A DNA stretch of 64,000 bases, from NCBI GenBank assembly GCA_964016885.1, contig OZ024750.1, forward strand, positions 42,656,001 through 42,720,000, read 5' to 3'. The translations under genes were made by a program, and so were the position numbers. Within the stretch, counting starts at the first letter, position 1. Every line of letters starts with the position of its first letter. The notes beneath the pieces are model-generated. The model was given only the letters and a program-made list of their open reading frames with translations, searched no databases and was not told the origin of the DNA. Origin of the DNA: Eledone cirrhosa (Eukaryota). Positions 51,201 to 64,000 of the stretch are shown here, piece by piece.

Positions 51201-54200
51201 TCATTGTCACCACCACAGTTGTCATCATCATTGTCATTGTCACCACCACAGTTGTCATCATCATTGTCGCTGTCACCACCACAGTTGTCATCACTGTTGT
51301 CATTGTCACCACCACAGTTGTCACCATCATTGTCATTGTCACCACCACAGTTGTCATCACTGTTGTCATTGTCACCACCACAGTTGTCACCATCATTGTC
51401 ACTGTCACCACCACAGTTGTCATCATCATTGTCACTGTCACCACCACAGTTGTCATCATCATTGTCATTGTCACCAACACAGTTGTCACCATCATTGTCA
51501 CTGTCACCACCACAGTTGTCATCATCATTGTCACTGTCACCACCACAGTTGTCATCATAATTGTCATTGTCACCACCACAGTTGTCATCATCATTGTCAC
51601 TGTCACCAACACAGTTGTCATCATCATTTTCACTGCCACCACCACAGTTGTCATCATCATTGTCATTGTCACCAACGCAGTTGTCATCATCATTGTCATT
51701 GTCACCACCACAGTTGTCATCATCATTGTCATTGTCACCACCACAGTTGTCATCACTGTTGTCATTGTCACCACCACAGTTGTCACCATCATTGTCACTG
51801 TCACCACCACAGTTGTCATCATCATTGTCACTGTCACCACCACAGTTGTCATCATCATTGTCATTGTCACCACCACAGTTGTCATCATCATTGTCACTGT
51901 CACCACCACAGTTGTCATCATCATTGTCATTGTCACCAACACGGTTGTCATCATCATTGTCATTGTCACCACCACAGTTGTCACCATCATTGTCAATGTC
52001 ACCACCACAGTTGTCATCATCATTGTCACTGTCACCACCACAGTTGTCATCATCATTGTCATTGTCACCACCACAGTTGTCATCATCATTGTCATTGTCA
52101 CCACCACAGTTGTCACCATCATTGTCACTGTCACCACCACAGTTGTCATCATCATTGTCACTGTCACCACCACAGTTGTCATCATCATTGTCACTGTCAC
52201 CACCACAGTTGTCATCATCATTGTCATTGTCACTACCACAGTTGTCATCACTGTTGTCATTGTCACCACCACAGTTGTCATCATCATTGTCATTGTCATC
52301 ACCACAGTTGTCATCATCATTGTCACTGTCACCACCACAGTTGTCATCATCATTGTCACTGTGACCAACACAGTTGTCATCGTCATTGTCATTGTCACCA
52401 CCACAGTTGTCATCATCATTGTCATTGTCACCACCACAGTTGTCATCATCATTGTCACTGTCACCACCACAGTTGTCATCATCATTGTCATTGTCACCAA
52501 CACAGTTGTCATCATCATTGTCATTGTCACCACCACAGTTGTCATCATCATTGTCATTGTCACCACCACAGTTGTCATCATCATTGTCACTGTCACCACC
52601 ACAGTTGTTATCATCATTGTCATTGTCACCACCACAGTTGTTATCATCATTGTCATTGTCACCACCACAGTTGTCACCACCACAGTTGTCATCACTGTTG
52701 TCATTGTCACCACCACAGTTGTCACCATCATTGTCACTGTCACCACCACAGTTGTCATCATCATTGTCACTGTCACCACCACAGTTGTTATCATCATTGT
52801 CATTGTCACCACCACAGTTGTCATCATCATTGTCATTGTCACCACCACGGTTGTCATCATCATTGTCATTGTCACCACCACAGTTGTCATCATCATTGTC
52901 ACTGTCACCACCACAGTTGTCATCATCATTGTCACTGTCACCACCACAGTTGTCATCATAATTGTCATTGTCACCACCACAGTTGTCATCATCATTGTCA
53001 TTGTCACCACCACAGTTGTCATCATCATTGTCATTGTCACCACCACAGTTGTCACCACCACAGTTGTCATTGTCACCAACACAGTTGTCATCATCATTGT
53101 CATTGTCACCACCACAGTTGTCATCATCATTGTCATTGTCACCACCACAGTTGTCATCATCATTGTCACTGTCACCACCACAGTTGTCATCATCATTGTC
53201 ATTGTCACCACCACAGTTGTCATTGTCACCAACACAGTTGTCATCATCATTGTCATTGTCACCACCACAGTTGTCATCATCATTGTCATTGTCACCACCA
53301 CAGTTGTCATCATCATTGTCACTGTCACCACCACAGTTGTCATCATCATTGTCATTGTCACCACCACAGTTGTCACCCCCACAGTTGTCATTGTCACCAA
53401 CACAGTTGTCATCATCATTGTCATTGTCACCACCACAGTTGTCATCATCATTGTCACTGTCACCACCACAGTTGTCATCATCATCGTCATTGTCACCACC
53501 ACAGTTGTCACCCCCACAGTTGTCATTGTCACCAACACAGTTGTCATCATCATTGTCACTGTCACCACCACAGTTGTCATTATCATTGTCATTGTCACCA
53601 CCACAGTTGTCACCCCCACAGTTGTCATTGTCACCACCACAGTTGTCATCATCATTGTCACTGTCACCACCACAGTTGTCATCATTATTGTCATTGTCAC
53701 CACCACAGTTGTCATCATCATTGTCACTGTCACCACCACAGTTGTCATCATCATTGTCATTGTCACTACCACAGTTGTCATCACTGTTGTCATTGTCACC
53801 ACCACAGTTGTCATCATCATTGTCATTGTCATCACCACAGTTGTCATCATCATTGTCACTGTCACCACCACAGTTGTCATAATCATTGTCACTGTGACCA
53901 ACACAGTTGTCATCATCATTGTCATTGTCACCACCACAGTTGTCATCATCATTGTCACTGTCACCACCACAGTTGTCATCATAATTGTCATTGTCACCAA
54001 CACAGTTGTCATCATCATTGTCATTGTCACCACCACAGTTGTCATCATCATTGTCATTGTCACCACCACAGTTGTCATCATCATTGTCATTGTCACCACC
54101 ACAGTTGTCATCACTGTTGTCATTGTCACCACCACAGTTGTCACCATCATTGTCATTGTCACCACCACAGTTGTCATCACTGTTGTCATTGTCACCACCA

Positions 54201-57200
54201 CAGTTGTCACCATCATTGTCACTGTCACCACCACAGTTGTCATCATCATTGTCACTGTCACCACCACAGTTGTCATCATCATTGTCATTGTCACCAACAC
54301 AGTTGTCACCATCATTGTCACTGTCACCACCACAGTTGTCATCATCATTGTCACTGTCACCACCACAGTTGTCATCATAATTGTCATTGTCACCACCACA
54401 GTTGTCATCATCATTGTCACTGTCACCAACACAGTTGTCATCATCATTTTCACTGCCACCACCACAGTTGTCATCATCATTGTCATTGTCACCAACGCAG
54501 TTGTCATCATCATTGTCATTGTCACCACCACAGTTGTCATCATCATTGTCATTGTCACCACCACAGTTGTCATTGTCACCACCACAGTTGTCACCATCAT
54601 TGTCACTGTCACCACCACAGTTGTCATCATCATTGTCACTGTCACCACCACAGTTGTCATCATCATTGTCATTGTCACCACCACAGTTGTCATCATCATT
54701 GTCACTGTCACCACCACAGTTGTCATCATCATTGTCATTGTCACCAACACGGTTGTCATCATCATTGTCATTGTCACCACCACAGTTGTCACCATCATTG
54801 TCAATGTCACCACCACAGTTGTCATCATCATTGTCACTGTCACCACCACAGTTGTCATCATCATTGTCATTGTCACCACCACAGTTGTCATCATCATTGT
54901 CATTGTCACCACCACAGTTGTCACCATCATTGTCACTGTCACCACCACAGTTGTCATCATCATTGTCACTGTCACCACCACAGTTGTCATCATCATTGTC
55001 ACTGTCACCACCACAGTTGTCATCATCATTGTCATTGTCACTACCACAGTTGTCATCACTGTTGTCATTGTCACCACCACAGTTGTCATCATCATTGTCA
55101 TTGTCATCACCACAGTTGTCATCATCATTGTCACTGTCACCACCACAGTTGTCATCATCATTGTCACTGTGACCAACACAGTTGTCATCGTCATTGTCAT
55201 TGTCACCACCACAGTTGTCATCATCATTGTCATTGTCACCACCACAGTTGTCATCATCATTGTCACTGTCACCACCACAGTTGTCATCATCATTGTCATT
55301 GTCACCAACACAGTTGTCATCATCATTGTCATTGTCACCACCACAGTTGTCATCATCATTGTCATTGTCACCACCACAGTTGTCATCATCATTGTCATTG
55401 TCACCACCACAGTTGTCATCACTGTTGTCATTGTCACCACCACAGTTGTCACCATCATTGTCACTGTCACCACCACAGTTGTCATCATCATTGTCACTGT
55501 CACCACCACAGTTGTCATCATCATTGTCACTGTCACCAACACAGTTGTCATCGTCATTGTCATTGTCACCACCACAGTTGTCATCATCATTGTCATTGTC
55601 ACCACCACAGTTGTCATCATCATTGTCATTGTCACCACCACAGTTGTCATCATCATTGTCATTGTCACCACCACAGTTGTCATCATCATTGTCACTGTCA
55701 CCAACACAGTTGTCATCACTGTTGTCATTGTCACCACCACAGTTGTCACCATCATTGTCACTGTCACCACCACAGTTGTCATCATCATTGTCACTGTCAC
55801 CACCACAGTTGTCATCATCATTGTCATTGTCACCAACACAGTTGTCACCATCATTGTCACTGTCACCACCACAGTTGTCATCATCATTGTCACTGTCACC
55901 ACCACAGTTGTCATCATCATTGTCATTGTCACCAACACGGTTGTCATCATCATTGTCATTGTCACCACCACAGTTGTCACCATCATTGTCAATGTCACCA
56001 CCACAGTTGTCATCATCATTGTCACTGTCACCACCACAGTTGTCATCATCATTGTCATTGTCACCACCACAGTTGTCACCATCATTGTCACTGTCACCAC
56101 CACAGTTGTCATCATCATTGTCACTGTCACCACCACAGTTGTCATCATCATTGTCACTGTCACCACCACAGTTGTCATCATCATTGTCATTGTCACCACC
56201 ACAGTTGTCATCATCATTGTCACTGTCACCAACACAGTTGTCATCATCATTGTCATTGTCACCACCACAGTTGTCATCATCATTGTCACTGTCACCACCA
56301 CAGTTGTCATCATCATTGTCATTGTCATCACCACAGTTGTCATCATCATTGTCACTGTCACCACCACAGTTGTCATCATCATTGTCACTGTCACCACCAC
56401 AGTTGTCATCATCATTGTCATTGTCACCACCACAGTTGTCATCATCATTGTCATTGTCACCACCACAGTTGTCATCATCATTGTCATTGTCACCACCACA
56501 GTTGTCATCATCATTGTCATTGTCACCACCACAGTTGTCACCATCATTGTCACTGTCACCACCACAGTTGTCACCATCATTGTCATTGTCACCACCACAG
56601 TTGTCATCATCATTGTCATTGTCACCACCACAGTTGTCATCATCATTGTCTTTGTCACCACCACAGTTGTCATCATCATTGTCATTGTCACCACCACAGT
56701 TGTCACCATCATTGTCATTGTCACCACCACAGTTGTCACCATCATTGTCACTCTCACCACCACGGTTGTCACCATCATTGTCATTGTCACCACCACAGTT
56801 GTCATCATCATTGTCATTGTCACCACCACAGTTGTCATCATCATTGTCTTTGTCACCACCACAGTTGTCATCATCATTGTCACTGTCACCACCACAGTTG
56901 TCATCATCATTGTCACTGTCACCACCACAGTTGTCATCATCATTGTCATTGTCACCACCACAGTTGTCATCATCATTGTCTTTGTCACCACCACAGTTGT
57001 CATCATCATTGTCATTGTCACCACCACAGTTGTCATCATCATTGTCATTGTCACCATCACAGTTGTCATCATCATTGTCATTGTCACCAACACAGTTGTC
57101 ATCATCATTGTCACTGTCACCATCACAGTTGTCATCATCATTGTCATTGTCACCACCACAGTTGTCATCATCATTCTCAGTCACCACCACAGTTGTCATC

Positions 57201-60200
57201 ATCATTGTCATTGTCACCACCACAGTTGTCATCTCTGTTGTCACTGACACCACCACAGTTGTCATCATCATTGTCATTGTCACCACCACAGTTGTCATCA
57301 TCACTGTCATTGTCACCACCACAGTTGTCATCACTGTTGTCATTGTCACCACCACAGTTGTCATCATCACTGTCACTGTCACCACCACAGTTGTCATCAT
57401 CATTGTCATTGTCACCACCACAGTTGTCATCATCATTGTCATTGTCATCACCACAGTTGTCATCATCATTGTCACTGTCACCACCACAGTTGTCATCATC
57501 ATTGTCACTGTGACCAACACAGTTGTCATCGTCATTGTCATTGTCACCACCACAGTTGTCATCATCATTGTCATTGTCACCACCACAGTTGTCATCATCA
57601 TCGTCACTGTCACCACCACAGTTGTCATCATCAATGTCATTGTCACCAACACAGTTGTCATCATCATTGTCATTGTCACCACCACAGTTGTCATCATCAT
57701 TGTCATTGTCACCACCACAGTTGTCATCATCATTGTCATTGTCACCACCACAGTTGTCATCACTGTTGTCATTGTCACCACCACAGTTGTCACCATCATT
57801 GTCACTGTCACCACCACAGTTGTCATCATCATTGTCACTGTCACCACCACAGTTGTCATCATCATTGTCACTGTCACCAACACAGTTGTCATCGTCATTG
57901 TCATTGTCACCACCACAGTTGTCATCATCATTGTCATTGTCACCACCACAGTTGTCATCATCATTGTCATTGTCACCACCACAGTTGTCATCATCATTGT
58001 CATTGTCACCACCACAGTTGTCATCATCATTGTCACTGTCACCAACACAGTTGTCATCACTGTTGTCATTGTCACCACCACAGTTGTCACCATCATTGTC
58101 ACTGTCACCACCACAGTTGTCATCATCATTGTCACTGTCACCACCACAGTTGTCATCATCATTGTCATTGTCACCAACACAGTTGTCACCATCATTGTCA
58201 CTGTCACCACCACAGTTGTCATCATCATTGTCACTGTCACCACCACAGTTGTCATCATCATTGTCATTGTCACCAACACGGTTGTCATCATCATTGTCAT
58301 TGTCACCACCACAGTTGTCACCCCCACAGTTGTCATTGTCACCAACACAGTTGTCATCATCATTGTCATTGTCACCACCACAGTTGTCATCATCATTGTC
58401 ACTGTCACCACCACAGTTGTCATCATCATCGTCATTGTCACCACCACAGTTGTCACCCCCACAGTTGTCATTGTCACCAACACAGTTGTCATCATCATTG
58501 TCACTGTCACCACCACAGTTGTCATCATCATTGTCATTGTCACCACCACAGTTGTCACCCCCACAGTTGTCATTGTCACCACCACAGTTGTCATCATCAT
58601 TGTCACTGTCACCACCACAGTTGTCATCATCATTGTCATTGTCACCACCACAGTTGTCATCATCATTGTCACTGTCACCACCACAGTTGTCATCATCATT
58701 GTCATTGTCACTACCACAGTTGTCATCACTGTTGTCATTGTCACCACCACAGTTGTCATCATCATTGTCATTGTCATCACCACAGTTGTCATCATCATTG
58801 TCTTTGTCACCACCACAATTGTCATCATCATTGTCATTGCCATCACCACAGTTGTCATCATCATTGTCACTGTCACCACCACAGTTGTCATAATCATTGT
58901 CACTGTGACCAACACAGTTGTCATCATCATTGTCATTGTCACCACCACAGTTGTCATCATCATTGTCACTGTCACCACCACAGTTGTCATCATAATTGTC
59001 ATTGTCACCAACACAGTTGTCATCATCATTGTCATTGTCACCACCACAGTTGTCATCATCATTGTCATTGTCACCACCACAGTTGTCATCATCATTGTCA
59101 TTGTCACCACCACAGTTGTCATCACTGTTGTCATTGTCACCACCACAGTTGTCACCATCATTGTCATTGTCACCACCACAGTTGTCATCACTGTTGTCAT
59201 TGTCACCACCACAGTTGTCACCATCATTGTCACTGTCACCACCACAGTTGTCATCATCATTGTCACTGTCACCACCACAGTTGTCATCATCATTGTCATT
59301 GTCACCAACACAGTTGTCACCATCATTGTCACTGTCACCACCACAGTTGTCATCATCATTGTCACTGTCACCACCACAGTTGTCATCATAATTGTCATTG
59401 TCACCACCACAGTTGTCATCATCATTGTCACTGTCACCAACACAGTTGTCATCATCATTTTCACTGCCACCACCACAGTTGTCATCATCATTGTCATTGT
59501 CACCAACGCAGTTGTCATCATCATTGTCATTGTCACCACCACAGTTGTCATCATCATTGTCATTGTCACCACCACAGTTGTCATCACTGTTGTCATTGTC
59601 ACCACCACAGTTGTCACCATCATTGTCACTGTCACCACCACAGTTGTCATCATCATTGTCACTGTCACCACCACAGTTGTCATCATCATTGTCATTGTCA
59701 CCACCACAGTTGTCATCATCATTGTCACTGTCACCACCACAGTTGTCATCATCATTGTCATTGTCACCAACACGGTTGTCATCATCATTGTCATTGTCAC
59801 CACCACAGTTGTCACCATCATTGTCAATGTCACCACCACAGTTGTCATCATCATTGTCACTGTCACCACCACAGTTGTCATCATCATTGTCATTGTCACC
59901 ACCACAGTTGTCATCATCATTGTCATTGTCACCACCACAGTTGTCACCATCATTGTCACTGTCACCACCACAGTTGTCATCATCATTGTCACTGTCACCA
60001 CCACAGTTGTCATCATCATTGTCACTGTCACCACCACAGTTGTCATCATCATTGTCATTGTCACTACCACAGTTGTCATCACTGTTGTCATTGTCACCAC
60101 CACAGTTGTCATCATCATTGTCATTGTCATCACCACAGTTGTCATCATCATTGTCACTGTCACCACCACAGTTGTCATCATCATTGTCACTGTGACCAAC

Positions 60201-63200
60201 ACAGTTGTCATCGTCATTGTCATTGTCACCACCACAGTTGTCATCATCATTGTCATTGTCACCACCACAGTTGTCATCATCATTGTCACTGTCACCACCA
60301 CAGTTGTCATCATCATTGTCATTGTCACCAACACAGTTGTCATCATCATTGTCATTGTCACCACCACAGTTGTCATCATCATTGTCATTGTCACCACCAC
60401 AGTTGTCATCATCATTGTCATTGTCACCACCACAGTTGTCATCACTGTTGTCATTGTCACCACCACAGTTGTCACCATCATTGTCACTGTCACCACCACA
60501 GTTGTCATCATCATTGTCACTGTCACCACCACAGTTGTCATCATCATTGTCACTGTCACCAACACAGTTGTCATCGTCATTGTCATTGTCACCACCACAG
60601 TTGTCATCATCATTGTCATTGTCACCACCACAGTTGTCATCATCATTGTCATTGTCACCACCACAGTTGTCATCATCATTGTCATTGTCACCACCACAGT
60701 TGTCATCATCATTGTCACTGTCACCAACACAGTTGTCATCACTGTTGTCATTGTCACCACCACAGTTGTCACCATCATTGTCACTGTCACCACCACAGTT
60801 GTCATCATCATTGTCACTGTCACCACCACAGTTGTCATCATCATTGTCATTGTCACCAACACAGTTGTCACCATCATTGTCACTGTCACCACCACAGTTG
60901 TCATCATCATTGTCACTGTCACCACCACAGTTGTCATCATCATTGTCATTGTCACCAACACGGTTGTCATCATCATTGTCATTGTCACCACCACAGTTGT
61001 CACCATCATTGTCAATGTCACCACCACAGTTGTCATCATCATTGTCACTGTCACCACCACAGTTGTCATCATCATTGTCATTGTCACCACCACAGTTGTC
61101 ACCATCATTGTCACTGTCACCACCACAGTTGTCATCATCATTGTCACTGTCACCACCACAGTTGTCATCATCATTGTCACTGTCACCACCACAGTTGTCA
61201 CCATCACAGTTGTCACCATCATTGTCACTGTCACCACCACAGTTGTCATCATCATTGTCACTGTCACCACCACAGTTGTCATCATCATTGTCATTGTCAC
61301 CACCACAGTTGTCATCATCATTGTCACTGTCACCAACACAGTTGTCATCATCATTGTCATTGTCACCACCACAGTTGTCATCATCATTGTCACTGTCACC
61401 ACCACAGTTGTCATCATCATTGTCATTGTCATCACCACAGTTGTCATCATCATTGTCACTGTCACCACCACAGTTGTCATCATCATTGTCACTGTCACCA
61501 CCACAGTTGTCATCATCATTGTCATTGTCACCACCACAGTTGTCATCATCATTGTCATTGTCACCACCACAGTTGTCATCATCATTGTCATTGTCACCAC
61601 CACAGTTGTCATCATCATTGTCATTGTCACCACCACAGTTGTCACCATCATTGTCACTGTCACCACCACAGTTGTCACCATCATTGTCATTGTCACCACC
61701 ACAGTTGTCATCATCATTGTCATTGTCACCACCACAGTTGTCATCATCATTGTCTTTGTCACCACCACAGTTGTCATCATCATTGTCATTGTCACCACCA
61801 CAGTTGTCACCATCATTGTCATTGTCACCACCACAGTTGTCACCATCATTGTCACTGTCACCACCACGGTTGTCACCATCATTGTCATTGTCACCACCAC
61901 AGTTGTCATCATCATTGTCATTGTCACCACCACAGTTGTCATCATCATTGTCTTTGTCACCACCACAGTTGTCATCATCATTGTCACTGTCACCACCACA
62001 GTTGTCATCATCATTGTCACTGTCACCACCACAGTTGTCATCATCATTGTCATTGTCACCACCACAGTTGTCATCATCATTGTCTTTGTCACCACCACAG
62101 TTGTCATCATCATTGTCATTGTCACCACCACAGTTGTCATCATCATTGTCATTGTCACCATCACAGTTGTCATCATCATTGTCATTGTCACCAACACAGT
62201 TGTCATCATCATTGTCACTGTCACCATCACAGTTGTCATCATCATTGTCATTGTCACCACCACAGTTGTCATCATCATTCTCAGTCACCACCACAGTTGT
62301 CATCATCATTGTCATTGTCACCACCACAGTTGTCATCTCTGTTGTCACTGACACCACCACAGTTGTCATCATCATTGTCATTGTCACCACCACAGTTGTC
62401 ATCATCACTGTCATTGTCACCACCACAGTTGTCATCACTGTTGTCATTGTCACCACCACAGTTGTCATCATCACTGTCACTGTCACCACCACAGTTGTCA
62501 TCATCATTGTCATTGTCACCACCACAGTTGTCATCATCATTGTCATTGTCATCACCACAGTTGTCATCATCATTGTCACTGTCACCACCACAGTTGTCAT
62601 CATCATTGTCACTGTGACCAACACAGTTGTCATCGTCATTGTCATTGTCACCACCACAGTTGTCATCATCATTGTCATTGTCACCACCACAGTTGTCATC
62701 ATCATCGTCACTGTCACCACCACAGTTGTCATCATCAATGTCATTGTCACCAACACAGTTGTCATCATCATTGTCATTGTCACCACCACAGTTGTCATCA
62801 TCATTGTCATTGTCACCACCACAGTTGTCATCATCATTGTCATTGTCACCACCACAGTTGTCATCACTGTTGTCATTGTCACCACCACAGTTGTCACCAT
62901 CATTGTCACTGTCACCACCACAGTTGTCATCATCATTGTCACTGTCACCACCACAGTTGTCATCATCATTGTCACTGTCACCAACACAGTTGTCATCGTC
63001 ATTGTCATTGTCACCACCACAGTTGTCATCATCATTGTCATTGTCACCACCACAGTTGTCATCATCATTGTCATTGTCACCACCACAGTTGTCATCATCA
63101 TTGTCATTGTCACCACCACAGTTGTCATCATCATTGTCACTGTCACCAACACAGTTGTCATCACTGTTGTCATTGTCACCACCACAGTTGTCACCATCAT

Positions 63201-64000
63201 TGTCACTGTCACCACCACAGTTGTCATCATCATTGTCACTGTCACCACCACAGTTGTCATCATCATTGTCATTGTCACCAACACAGTTGTCACCATCATT
63301 GTCACTGTCACCACCACAGTTGTCATCATCATTGTCACTGTCACCACCACAGTTGTCATCATCATTGTCATTGTCACCAACACGGTTGTCATCATCATTG
63401 TCATTGTCACCACCACAGTTGTCACCATCATTGTCAATGTCACCACCACAGTTGTCATCATCATTGTCACTGTCACCACCACAGTTGTCATCATCATTGT
63501 CATTGTCACCACCACAGTTGTCACCATCATTGTCACTGTCACCACCACAGTTGTCATCATCATTGTCACTGTCACCACCACAGTTGTCATCATCATTGTC
63601 ACTGTCACCACCACAGTTGTCATCATCATTGTCATTGTCACCACCACAGTTGTCATCATCATTGTCACTGTCACCAACACAGTTGTCATCATCATTGTCA
63701 TTGTCACCACCACAGTTGTCATCATCATTGTCACTGTCACCACCACAGTTGTCATCATCATTGTCATTGTCATCACCACAGTTGTCATCATCATTGTCAC
63801 TGTCACCACCACAGTTGTCATCATCATTGTCACTGTCACCACCACAGTTGTCATCATCATTGTCATTGTCACCACCACAGTTGTCATCATCATTGTCATT
63901 GTCACCACCACAGTTGTCATCATCATTGTCATTGTCACCACCACAGTTGTCATCATCATTGTCATTGTCACCACCACAGTTGTCACCATCATTGTCGCTG
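48225..64000. repeat. 33-bp satellite array, over 15.7 kb, running off the window end
   Basis: GTCACCACCACAGTTGTCATCATCATTGTCA(T/C)T with short deletion variants and kb-scale duplications. Confidence 0.99.

Noticed and set aside
48134-63992. Asp/Asn-rich (NDDDNCGGD)n ORF resembling acidic biomineral proteins
   Set aside because: Several frames on both strands are open because of the trinucleotide substructure. There is no signal peptide or unique domain, and junctions shift frame. Expression data would be needed.

Overview
Eukaryotic, AT-rich and almost entirely repetitive DNA. From recall, the SINE/MITE families and microsatellite load resemble an octopus (coleoid cephalopod) genome; this is unverified. 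No host gene can be identified with confidence. About half the window is tandem satellite: a 65/62-bp array (4.0-17.7 kb), a 33-bp array (48.2 kb to window end) and a 44-bp array (44.1-45.9 kb) that grew inside a TTAA-flanked MITE. The only long real coding sequences are mobile. They are a near-intact L1/Tx1-type LINE (22.0-27.6 kb, minus strand; one A-run frameshift in ORF1, one in-frame TAG in ORF2), a 5'-truncated RTE LINE in a (TA)n tract, a decayed hAT-like transposase and R4-like RT relics. The rest is two tRNA-head SINE families, three kinds of MITE, minisatellites, microsatellites and several long inverted repeats. Some inverted repeats carry degenerate Penelope-type hammerhead ribozyme cores. 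The giant ORFs in the track are satellite artefacts. Boundaries were read by eye and are approximate unless a TSD or TIR is quoted.
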